A DNA stretch of 64,000 nt from Thalia democratica (lineage: Eukaryota). Numbering within the stretch: position 1 is the first letter of the stretch; each line of letters starts with the position of its first letter. Both the position numbers and the translations under genes were made by a program. The DNA lies in the NCBI GenBank assembly GCA_965202585.1, contig OZ241834.1:9982001-10046000 (forward strand), written 5' to 3'. Below the pieces are notes generated by a model that saw nothing but the letters and a program-made list of their open reading frames with translations, made no database searches and was not told the DNA's origin. Positions 39,734 to 51,010 of the stretch are shown piece by piece.

Positions 39734-41703
39734 TTCTAACATGAAAAAAAAGCGGATAAGTACTTTTTAAAATTACTTTAGTTATATTTTTCTACCAACA
39801 ACATTTTAAGGAATAAAGCGAAACTTTAAAGTACGTAGTTTAAGTTTAAAGTTTTATAACAATAATATGTGTATTAACGGTGGTTATCAATATCTAAAAC
39901 AAAAAGTATTAGACCTATTAATGCAAGTAAAAATTGTGCATACATAACATATCAAAATAGCATATACTTAACTAAAATTCATTACCTTAAAGTATCAAAA
40001 AAAAAGAAATTAATTCAGTTTTAGTATTCAAACAGTAATTGTATAAATTAATGGGTCTCAGTTTTTGGAATAGCTATATACAGTAGTAGACAACTTAGTA
40101 TATAAAAAATTTACAACTATAACTAATATTATTATTCTTCAATTGTTTTTATTTATAAATACTATGCTATTTTAGCTATAAACGAAAAATAAAATTATTA
40201 ACAAGTTAAATAATGTTAAACTTTTTTTTTAATCATTTTCACTAGTCATTCACTTATTTATGTACTTATTAAGAATTTAAGATCAAAATTTTAAGATAAT
40301 TTATCACAATAATATAAAAGATAAAAGTTTTAAAAAGGTTTAAAGTATGTATTAAATTTCAATTTTAAACTATTTATTGTGTATAGCCCAGTAGTTATTT
40401 TATAACAATCTTGAATATAAACAATAAACAGTTTTTCTATTAAAAATACAGTTTTTAATCACATAATTAAAAGTAAAAATGCTAAAGTTAAAGTTATTAC
40501 ACAACATATAGAACTTACAATATCGATATATAAGTTTATTAAGTTTTCTGATTAATTTTTATCTTTTGTATAAAGCACTCACACCACGACGTAAAGTAAT
40601 TTTCTTACAATGTGCATAAAAATGTATGTAATGCTAGTTCACAATTGGTTTATAGTTAGAAAATATTAGATTAAAACTTTTCAGCTTCTTGCTTCAACAA
40701 AATTTTGATTTCGAGTAAATAGATTTAACTTTTTTTATAAATACATTTAATATTCTTTGAAATAGAATACAACTTTTTAGACTTAACTGTATTTAAGTGA
40801 TATATGATGTCAAAATATACTTTTAGGATATTAATTTGTTTGTAGTTTTAGAAATAGCTAGCATAAGACGAATAAACGTTAACTTAATAATTACTATTGA
40901 AGTAAAACTTTGCTATTTAAATATTTACAGTGTTTAATTTTACTAAACAAACTGATTTTAAAATAATAAAAAATATGCTTAATGTTTTTAGGAATACTTT
41001 TTATCAATCTAGATTCTAATCTATCCTAATAATTAACTTTGGTAACTTGAAAGCCTAAAGAAAATAGAGTAAATTATGCAAAGTAAAGTTTCCAATCGAT
41101 TATTATTAAAGCTTTAAACTATTTTTTTGCTCGTAAGACTATTTCTGATTTAATTATAATCTGGTTGATAATGATATAGAATCTTTTTTAGTATGAAAAA
41201 AAGAATAATATATACATATTGTACCTTCCGTATGTTTTTAAATATATTTAATGGCTATAGTTTATAGTATATTGAACGACAAAAAAATGCTAAAAAAATT
41301 TGTTCTAGGACGTTGTGCACGAAGAACCTTTCATTTATCGAGTCACATACCACAGATACCTCTTAACCTCTTATCCAGGTTACTTAAACTAATTAAAACT
41401 TTTTTTTATTCCCGACGTGTTTGTGCTTGAAAAACAAAGCGTATTTACTTTGTTGAAAAAGTACTGTTTGAATCCAAAAAAAAAAATCCACTTTTAAACA
41501 TTAATGCTTTGTTTAATCTAACAAGAAAATGTTTTTGTGTAATATAACTGTCAGTAATTGCTGTCAAAAAATTTACTTATCATACTCGTACATCTTGTAC
41601 TACTTCCACAGACGTTGCTTGTTTCTCTTTGAAATAGTATGTTTAAGAGCAACAACCTTCATTTCTTAGTTGTGTTATATAAAAGTAAACGTCCTGTGTC
41701 TAC

Positions 41704-41774
41704 TGATAAATCTTGTGTAAACAAGTAGGTAATGGAAAATTACTGTAAAATTTACTTTCGCTTTAGTATATATA
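41704..41774 (+). promoter_or_regulatory. Putative FABP-B promoter: GATA + forkhead site + TATA-like
   Basis: TGATAAatctTGTGTAAACA (41704-41723), TATATATA (41767-41774), donor gtaagt at 41845. Same motif order and similar spacing as copy A. Confidence 0.45.
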
Positions 41775-42085
41775 GTACATCCATTTTATAATTTTATCAT
41801 TCAAACTTTCAAAGCCTTGTCAAAGTACTAATTAGAATCTAGATGTAAGTAGTATTTTTGCAGCTGCACAAACTAAAACTAAAAAAATAGTATTTTTTGA
41901 AGTATACTGTTAAATGTTTAATTTGAATTTCTAGTTGCTATTTTTAAGTTATAAGTTTAAGCATATAGTCAAGCTCAATGTATAAACTAGTTTAAATTTA
42001 TTAAATTATTTTAATAAATAAAAATAAATAACTAAAGCAAACTAATACTATTAGTAACTAAATAGTACAATAATCAGACTTCAAG

Positions 42086-43254
42086 ATGGTTGATGCTTTT
42101 GTCGGAAAATTTGTTGTTGAGTCGAGAGATAATTATGACGGTTTTATGAAGGGAGTAGGTTTGTATTGTGATTGTAAATATTGTTTGTGTCGATGTAGTT
42201 TCTGAAAACTAAATATCGTAACAGTAGTTTATTGATATTTATATTTTTTACGAACTGTTTTACTTCATAGATAGTTTACTTTATTTAAAAAAAACTTTCT
42301 TATTTTCTTATAACTTTATAAGTTAAAACGTTAATTTAATCAAAAAAAAAATATTTTTTTCAAATAATAAAAGTTATTACTTACTGATATCAGTTTAATT
42401 CTTATTATCTTAGTTTTATATCTTTTAAATGTTTTTTATACCTTATATGCAAATAAAAATTTTAATAGTACTAAAATTATATAAACAAAAAGTATTTTTT
42501 ACCGTTAGGTGTTCCAGATGAGTACATCGAGAAAGGACGCAATGTGAACGTAGTGACAGAAATAAGCAAGAGTGGTGACAATATTATTATGTCAAGAGTT
42601 CGCCCATACAAAACTGTCACTAACACCCTGACCATTGGTAAAGATTGTGAACTTGAGAATATCAAGGGAGAAAAAGTTACGGTATGACATTTGTAAACTA
42701 TATTTTGTACGACAATTAAAAACTATTCTAAAAGCATGACAATGATTACAAAACAAAAACAAAATTCTTTTTAGGAATTATTTTAGGAAAAAGCAACTTT
42801 TATTTCTCCTAAATTTATATAACATCATTCTGATACTTTTAAAATATGTTGTTAGTCATATATTGATAGCAAAAATCGATTAAGAAAAGAAAAGTATATA
42901 TACTAAGTATAGACAGTATGGAAAAATAGAACTTAAACTTTTAACTGTTCAAAACATATGTACGAAGAATCGACACTTACTAATGCAAAAATGCTTTGAA
43001 GCTTTATATACTAGGAATTATTCTTAAACATTTGTATTAAAAATAAAAAGCGATTTTTTTTTGTAAAAAAACAAAAACAAAAGTTAACAGTGTTATAGTT
43101 TTCAATATTGTAGGTGAAACCAGAAATAGATGGGGGTAAAGTTGTGTGCAAAGGAAGCAACTATCTGCTGCAACTGGAAATGTCCGGTGGAAAACTGCAT
43201 GAGAAAATTACTTACAACGGGCACACCATGTCCCGCGTGTCCAAGCCACAATAA
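42086..43254 (+). CDS. Fatty acid-binding protein, copy B, 128 aa (protein identical to copy A)
   Basis: Exons 42086-42158, 42509-42681, 43114-43254; 5 synonymous and 0 non-synonymous differences from copy A by manual comparison. Confidence 0.92.
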
Positions 43255-45277
43255 AATTATTTGAAAAAAATCGTTTGTAATCAATAAACTATTCATAATG
43301 CCTGAAAACTTGTTTGAGTATATACTCTGAAATTAGGAACAAAACTTGTGATAATATTAGAATTAATTTAAGTAATATCGATCAACGCAAAATGCACAAG
43401 GCATTATCAACTCCTACTACTCGTCTATGTAAATATGAAAATTAGGATATATTTTTAAATAACTAGATTTTCAACAAAGTGTAAAACATCGATTGATTAG
43501 GATTAGGTTTTATTTATAAAAAAAAAATAAGTTATTTGCTTTACCTACTAAATTCACTTTTTTAATGAATAATAAAATGTTCTTTAATTGCTAATTGTAA
43601 ACTAATAATTAGTAATTGTAATAAACTACTAATTGTAGCAAAAAACATATGATCAAAAAAAGTAATTGAGATTAATACTACTGTATATTATTAAAATCAG
43701 TACTAGTATTATATTTCTTAAAACTAAAACGTTGCTATTAACACATTAACTTTTAACCTTTGCTTTGACTAAAGTTAAAATGTAGTTTGAAAAATTTTAA
43801 TAAAGAGAATGAAATTTTTATTGACAACAAATAATATAAGTATAAAGTTTTGACTAAATTGAAATATACTTCCGGCTCTTTTTGATAAATAAAAAATTGT
43901 ATAAAGTTTTAGAGAAGTATGGTGTTAGCTGCGTAAATACAAAAAATTTAGTTAGTTTGTACTAACCTGTCGCACTACAAAACATTTTAAAATATATTAA
44001 TCAAACAGTTTTCTCATATGCAAAAAAAAAACTTTAAAGGTTATCAAAGTAAAGTTGCAACAAATTAATAGAACTTTTTTTTTTATATGTTTAAAATAAG
44101 CAAATTAATTTTTTTCATTATAAACAATACTACAAGAATTTGAGTGAAAACGGTCATTGTTTACTAAAATTGTTTAGGAGAGCTAATTTAATAAAATTCA
44201 GGAGTAATATAATAGTTAACTGCTATTACGTAACAAGTTATTCACCTTTTTATACGTGATATAACATAACAGTAACAAACATTTTTTAATTATTTATGAT
44301 TTTAAAACCTTCAAACTCATATGATTTTTAGAATATAAAAAAATAATAATAGCAAAAGTAATAGAAATAAGATTAAAACAACAAGAAAAACACAAAACAA
44401 ATAAATTGTTTATTATAAAGTTTAGTTTTACTTAAATTTTAAACTGTTAAATCTTTTTTTTTTTAACAAAACTTATTTAAAATTTCATTTAAATTTTGAC
44501 AAAACAAATAAAGTACAACAGTGAATTGAGAGAGAAAGAAAAGTAAACATTGCAAAGTAAAGTATTTTATTAAAAATGGTTTTGAACTCAATAATATTGC
44601 AATGAAAATTCTTTGATTAGTCATTTTAGCAAAGTCAAATTAAGAGCAACTCAATGAAATTACATAACGTTCTTATATATTTTATATATAGTGTTAGAAA
44701 GTTTATATAAAATAACTAAAATAATTTTCTAAAAGTCAAGCTGTTAGTAACTTTTTTAAAACCAGTTTTAAGTTTTTTTGAAGAAAACTAGTTTAACATG
44801 TTATGAGAAGAAGTAGTGTATTGATAAGCTTCCAGGTGTACAACTTTATCAGTAAAAAAATTTTAGTATAAGACAACATTTGTTATAAAAGATGATAAAA
44901 AGTATGTTTTGATAAAGTTGTGTATATCATGAAGACAGATTGCAGTTAATATTATAAAAATTTTAGTTTAAAAAGATATATGGAAATAAATGCAATGCAT
45001 AATCTTAAAGTGTATAAAATTTAAAGACATATGCTTAAAAGCGTTTTTTTCTTTTAAAGTTATAACCTTTTGGACTTGTACATTCAATCTAATAAGCATT
45101 GTAAAACATTTCTTATCTATTTTGTAGTCAGCTTTAATTTTAAACTTTGTTCTGAGTACATATCATATTGTGAAATGGCTTTATAGCTTGATTTAATATA
45201 AAAATTTAAATTTTTAAAACAAATAGTTAATTATACTTTGTAATAGGCGCTCATTAAATTAAAAGTACATAGCAATC

Positions 45278-48268
45278 ATGAAAGTTATATACGCTGGTTT
45301 CCCAAAAACTGGAACTAAAACCATTAATGCAGCTCTGACCGAGCTAGGTTTTAAATGTTATGACTACATTGAAAACTATGTTTATCTTGGAGACGAGTGG
45401 CAAAAGATTTTCGACCAAGGTGGATCAGTTGAAGATTTTCGAAGGATGTTTGAAGATGTTGATGCAATAATGGACGTACCTGGTTGTGTTTTTTGGGAAG
45501 ATATTCACGAAGCATTCCCTGATGCTAAAGTAGATTTAAAATTTTTAATTTTTATGTAAAAAAGAGTACTTTGCTTTTATTAAATTAAAAAAAACACAAA
45601 ATAATTCTAGATACTATAGGTTCTTCATAATAAAAGTTCTACTAACTCTCTGAGTAATTTTTGTAAATTTGCCATAAAAGATAAATAAGAAATTTAGTCC
45701 TTGAAAACGTAATTTCCACTTTAAGATGCAGTATCGTCCACTATAGAAAGTTATTTTTTAGCACAGTTATTTTCTACTTTAACGGGAGATATAGATAATT
45801 TAAAATATTTGTTTTTATTGTATTACGACAAACAAATCTTATTTTTAAAGCTTTACAAAAGGGTAGATTATGCCAATTCGATTATCAGACCACAAGTTTC
45901 GGTAGATTGAGACCGGTTTCGTCCTTATTAGGACTCATCAGTCAGTCACAACTGCAAAACTTGCAGTTGTCAATCTACAAACGGTATATGATGATTTCAC
46001 ATAAAGCTACCATTTGCTGGCAATGATCTGTGACGTCAGAATTGTCTTTGCCGTGCAACGTTTAAAACATTGTCCACTAGGCAAGACATCTGGTACGCTC
46101 GTTTTAGAACGATCAACAGAAAACAGACTTTCGCTGATGTTTTCTGTTGATCGTTATAAAACGAGCGTACCAGATGTCTTGCCTAGTGGACAATGTTTTA
46201 AACGTTGCACGGCAAAGACAATTCTGACGTCACATATCATTGCCAGCAAATGGTAGCTTTATGTGAAAGCATCATATACCGTTTGTAGGTTGACAACCGC
46301 AATTTTTGCGGTTGTGACTGACTGATGAGTCCTAATAAGGACGAAACCGGTCTCAGTCTACCGAAACTTGTGGTCTGATGATCGAACTGGCATGATCAAC
46401 CCTTTTGTTAAACTTGAGCTTGTCTCATGGCAAACAAAAGTCCAAGCTTCTGCCATGCAGATTTTCGCCGATGTTTTCTGTTTTAAAGCTTTATTACACC
46501 CTTAAGTTACTTGATATATACTTTGAAATACACTTTTCAATGGAAATGTTTAGAATTTCATTTTATAAATTAGTACAAAAACTGTTTAGATAATATTTGG
46601 ACAACGTGCTACTGAAGATGAATGGTTTAAAAGCTTCGACAACCAGCTTCAAACAAACACTCATCCTTTAGTTACACTTATAATGATGATCTCACCAAGA
46701 CTGTGGCTCATGAATCGTTATGGTCTTAAATTAGGTTTTTCTCATTTACTTAAAACAATCAAATTAGCTGTAAAGTAAATTAGTAAATAATCAAAAACTT
46801 AACAAACATGATTTTTTTTGGTACACTTGAAGAATGTATTATGTAAAATTAAACATAAGCAATTTTTTAACCTAAAACTTTATTTAATTTTTTTTTACTT
46901 AATACCTTTGAAATCCAGAATTTGTGTAAAAGGAACCGCAGGATAAGATAATTTTGTCTTTTACCGCTTTTATCATTTGACTTTACCTAAAAGTTTCGTT
47001 AAAAAGCAATATATGCTTTTTAGATTGCTTATTTTAGTAAAATAATTTAATTAACTTTTTTCTAGCAAAGATTTGTTTTGGAATAAATTTCACACAGTAT
47101 TGGTTCGGTGGTTGTAAGTACAGTGAACTTTTATGTAGACAGTCATACAGAAAACACAATGCTTATGTTCTTGAGGTTTGTTTGTCATTGTATACTGTTA
47201 TTTGTTCTTACTTATAAATAATTAAGGCATCGTTTACAAAGTGTAGATTAAAAGTTGTTGTTTCCCATTACATGGTTGTTTTATTAAAAACTAAGGTTTA
47301 AAAAAAAGAACAATTTTAAATAAATCATAATAGAGAGGCTTTATAAAAGTTATAACTTATTGTAGTTTTATGCAACAATTTTTAATTTTTATTGCTGGTC
47401 ACTTAGTACAAAAACTTTTTACTTATGTATTTAACCAGTTGATCTCTTAATTGATTTTTTTATTAAGTTAAAAGTATTAATTAAACTCTCTACTTAAACT
47501 CTTACTTATTTTTAAAGGTTTAAGAACTAAGTATTTATTATTCGGTATTCAAACTTAATTTTTTTTTGTTTTTGTTTTAAATATCTAATGTAAATCTTTT
47601 TTTTTTATAAATAATACATAGTATAAACTAACACTCTCATTCTCCATTAGTTTATTGCAGTAATTTTTCAAAAAAACAGGTGTTTAGAAATATTTAAAAT
47701 TGAAACTGTTTTGTTTTAGTTTACCTCTTAAAATGTTAGTAATAAAAATTATGATCATTTTCAAATTGCATAGTAGACTGCTTAACGTCCTTAACCAATA
47801 TGTATCAGTTTAAATTTTTCACTGATTCTACTTGTTATATAAAATAGAATTTTATAACAATTATTCGATGCAATTACGAATATTTAATAATATCTAAATA
47901 AAGCTTTTTACTTTTCCAAAACCTATAAAAAAAACACTCAACATAATCATACACAGAAAGCTCCAAAAGACAAACTTCACATTGTGGACTTCAAAAAAGG
48001 TTGGAAGCCACTGTGCGAGTTTTTAGGGGTGCCAGTCCCAGACACGCCGTTTCCACACAAAAACAAGAAAGGCGCAATTCTCAAGGAACTGATGGAAACA
48101 GACAAGTTTTTGTTGAAAGCGCAGCGCGAAGGCATGGTTTTAGGAGGAGTTCTACTCGGAGTGTTGGCTTTTGGAGGGTACAAACTGATTAATTTTGTTT
48201 ATAATGATCCTGATGTGGTTTTTAATTGCGTAGACAATGTAAAATCAGTATTGAATTCATTTAGCTAA
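45278..48268 (+). CDS. P-loop sulfotransferase (Sulfotransfer_4-like), copy B, 272 aa
   Basis: Exons 45278-45529, 46590-46734, 47066-47175, 47957-48268, the same lengths as copy A; 13 amino-acid differences by manual count. Confidence 0.88.
45905..45947 (-). ncRNA. Type I hammerhead ribozyme, minus strand
   Basis: Reverse complement reads GACTGA-CTGATGA-GTCCtaataaGGAC-GAAAC-CG-GTC-TCAATC: the core is identical and stem I has one mismatch. Confidence 0.85.
46316..46358 (+). ncRNA. Type I hammerhead ribozyme, plus strand
   Basis: Stem I GACTGA (46316-46321) / TCAGTC (46353-46358); core CTGATGA (46322-46328); stem II GTCC-taataa-GGAC; GAAA (46343-46346); 2-bp helix III within palindromic ACCGGT; cleavage triplet GTC (46350-46352). 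Confidence 0.9.
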
Positions 48269-48859
48269 TTAAATTGCTGAATTAACATAATATTTTTTAT
48301 CTAAAATATTAATTAATAACTAAATTTTTATTATGTATTTAATGCTTTTTATATAAATAAACATTTAGTTTTAAATTATAAATAAAAAAATTATAAAACT
48401 TTTATAAATAATACTTATTTAAGTTTAAAATTGCTATTGTTTACAAAATTTACAGTATAAGTTTATTTTTTAAAACCAAATTTATCATAAAATTAAAAAA
48501 ATTAATAACAAAATTAGTCTTTCTCGTAACTACCTGTTTTCAATAGGTGCATTTTTTCAATTACACTGTATTGATAAAATATATCATTTGTTGTTAAAAA
48601 TAGTTCCTTGTTCTTATTACAAAAACTCTAAATAGGTTCAAATGTTAAATGCACAGCCTAACAAATTACATGTTTTAATATTTACCGAATGGATCAGAAA
48701 CTTTTTTTTAATTACTTATGATTTTTTTTTTAGCGCAAAAGCTACTAACTTGTAAGAATACTAATCGGTGAAAACATATTTATTTATTAAATATTTAACC
48801 GTTTTAATACAAAAAAAAAATACTAACTTATAGCATTTTAGTCGTATTATCTTCAATAA

Positions 48860-48945
48860 CTAATGAACTACCCAACAATTTTCTCAAATCAAAAACCGGA
48901 TCAATGCATAAAAAATCGGTTACATCCGGATCCGGTAATTCATTA
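48860..48945. repeat. Degenerate remnant of the ccggatccgg hAT-MITE family
   Basis: ttttctcaaatcaaaaaccggat...atccggatccgg resembles the reverse complement of the 41-bp unit seen at 33080-33200 and 34530-34690. Confidence 0.45.
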
Positions 48946-50559
48946 GTTTTTACACATAAAAGTTAATATTACATTTGATTTGAAAACTTAAAAGTACTTA
49001 TTAAGAAGCCTCATGTCCGTAATGTCATTTTTGTAACAAAAACAATTGTTTAAAATAAAACTTAGCTTATACCTATTAAAAACTTACACTTCACTTGACT
49101 TTTAGTAAATATTTGCGCTCTTTAAATGTTTTTTCATAAAAACCTTGCTTGTAAATTCTAGTATAATATTAAAAATCATATTAACGGTGACTCACGAATG
49201 ACTTTTTCCCTATAAACCTAACAAATCCAGCCACATTGTAGTGAAACCGGCCCTTTTTACATACAAAATGCTGCCAACCACTGGTTTTATGCTTAAAACA
49301 AATACTTACTGAAGTACATTTGATAAAGTTAGTTCTATATCTATAAAAATCAAATAGAATATAGAAAACAGTACACAAATAAGTAAATATATATATTTTT
49401 TTTTTCTACTAGGTTAGATTTTATATTACTTTTCAGTAAAATTCATAAAAAGTTCAACATAGTTTAAAAAAATAACTGGAGTTGTGTCTATGATTATTAG
49501 AAGCATAAGTTAAACCACCAAAGCAACTTAACTCAAAGCTTTTCAAGTTAGAATTTATCTTAATTTTAAACGGTTTTTATTAACATTTATGTATCTTAAT
49601 TTAAAAAGTAGTTGTTATTTTTCACCTGAAGCTATATTTTTCTCTTATAATTGTTAATTTGTGATTAGCTTCTGAGTTACTTTCGAATGACAGAACAGAA
49701 ATGTCAAGGTACAATGTTAGTAAGTATAGAAATTTTTAATCATAACAATAAGTCACTAATAATTGAATTAATACTGACTATTTTGATTCTGGAGAGCATT
49801 TAAAACTGTAATTTACAAAATAAAGAACGTTAGTTTTAACACAACATACCCAGTGCTAAAATTTTATAATTATTTAAAGCTTTTAAAATATTTTAAATAA
49901 TCTCTTGAAATTTTCTAAAAAATTTTTGATTAATAAAATTTTATTATTAACGGTGTTATAAAATTAGACTTAAGTAAAGAACTATATGTAAGAGAATAAA
50001 CATGGTGACCAGACATCTTATAAATTTAAAAGACTTTATAAGTAATAAAACTAACTTATTTTATATTAAACATAACGTCTTATTTTATTTTTTGTTTTAT
50101 TTATGTATTTGAGATAGAAAAAAAAGGTATTAAACGAGCTTTGTAAAAACTAGTAACTGTTTAATATTAGAAACTTAATCTATACAACTATTGATTACAT
50201 ATTACAACTTTTAAAATACTTATACTGTTGTTTTATTTCAGGTAATATTGCAAATATGTTACTTATTTTTAGCTGGTTTTACGGAGAAACATGCTTAACA
50301 ACTATTTTTAATTTATATCTATTTTTCAATATTTTTTTTAACATGTAACATTAAAATAGCTTTGTTAATACTTGCTCAAATTAAAATCACTTTACGTTTT
50401 TTTATAACTGTTCAACTTTTGCAAAGACGTACACCTTCAACTTTTCATACTTTAAAATTCTCTTATATGCTGAATTAGAATATAAACGTTTTTTTACATT
50501 AAAAGTACTTTACTTTAAATTTTTCAAAATATAAAGTCAATCGTTTGCTGAAAAAGATC

Positions 50560-50800
50560 CAAGCGAAACAAGTTCACTGGAATATATAATAAAAACAAAT
50601 TTAAACAGTACTCTTTCTTTGTTAAATTAACACATTTTTCTGTGTGTTTACAAGTTAACACACTTTAACGGAGCTATGAAAATTGAATAAATAATAATTC
50701 CAAACTACTATTTCTTCACATTTTATAGCTCCGTTGTAGAAAAATATTGTAGTTTAATAGAGAAAGAGTTCAGTTTGTTATTATTAAGTATTATTTATTA
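50560..50800. repeat. Second member of the 3230-3451 palindromic family, with a different central hairpin
   Basis: Arm aagttcactggaatat...aacacactttaac, then aacggagctatgaaaat / attttatagctccgtt, then a partial mirror arm (gagaaagag...tttgttattatt). Confidence 0.6.
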
Positions 50801-50899
50801 AAATTAGCATAGCTTTAATTGAACAAACTGTTTGTTCAATATATTAAATTAATAACTAGTCATATTTTAGATAATTTAAAGTCATACGATTATTTTTAA

Positions 50900-51010
50900 T
50901 GGGTGGTCGTCAGAATGGCACAGCGACACTTTAGCACGGGTCGTCAATTCAGCACGGTGGTCATTTTAGCACGGAGGGTCACTTTTGAACTGCATTACTT
51001 TAGCACGAAA
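50900..51010. repeat. One-ended fragment related to the foldback-like element at 27602-28005
   Basis: About 18-bp tandem units cactttagcacg / cattttagcacg / cacttttgaac. Confidence 0.55.

Larger units (their letters stand above)
45856..46480. mobile_element. Non-coding hammerhead-bearing palindromic insertion (Penelope pLTR / retrozyme-like)
   Basis: 13-bp direct repeat TTTTAAAGCTTTA at 45843-45855 and 46481-46493. Inverted arms 45855-46125 and 46138-46408 (12 mismatches in 271 bp). A 23-nt direct repeat at 46124-46146 and 46458-46480 defines a 334-nt monomer. Absent from the paralogous intron. Confidence 0.88.

Noticed and set aside
43254-45278. FABP-SULT as a polycistronic operon
   Set aside because: About 2 kb separates the genes and each has its own promoter-like motifs. 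The conserved acceptor about 30 nt before the SULT ATG does not distinguish cis- from trans-splicing.
46014-46256. 80-aa ORF inside the palindrome
   Set aside because: It spans the palindrome centre, has no homology signal, and is a by-product of the inverted repeat.
49181-49378. 65-aa ORF / exon-like segment
   Set aside because: Has a gtgagt donor, but no partner exons or recognisable product could be established.
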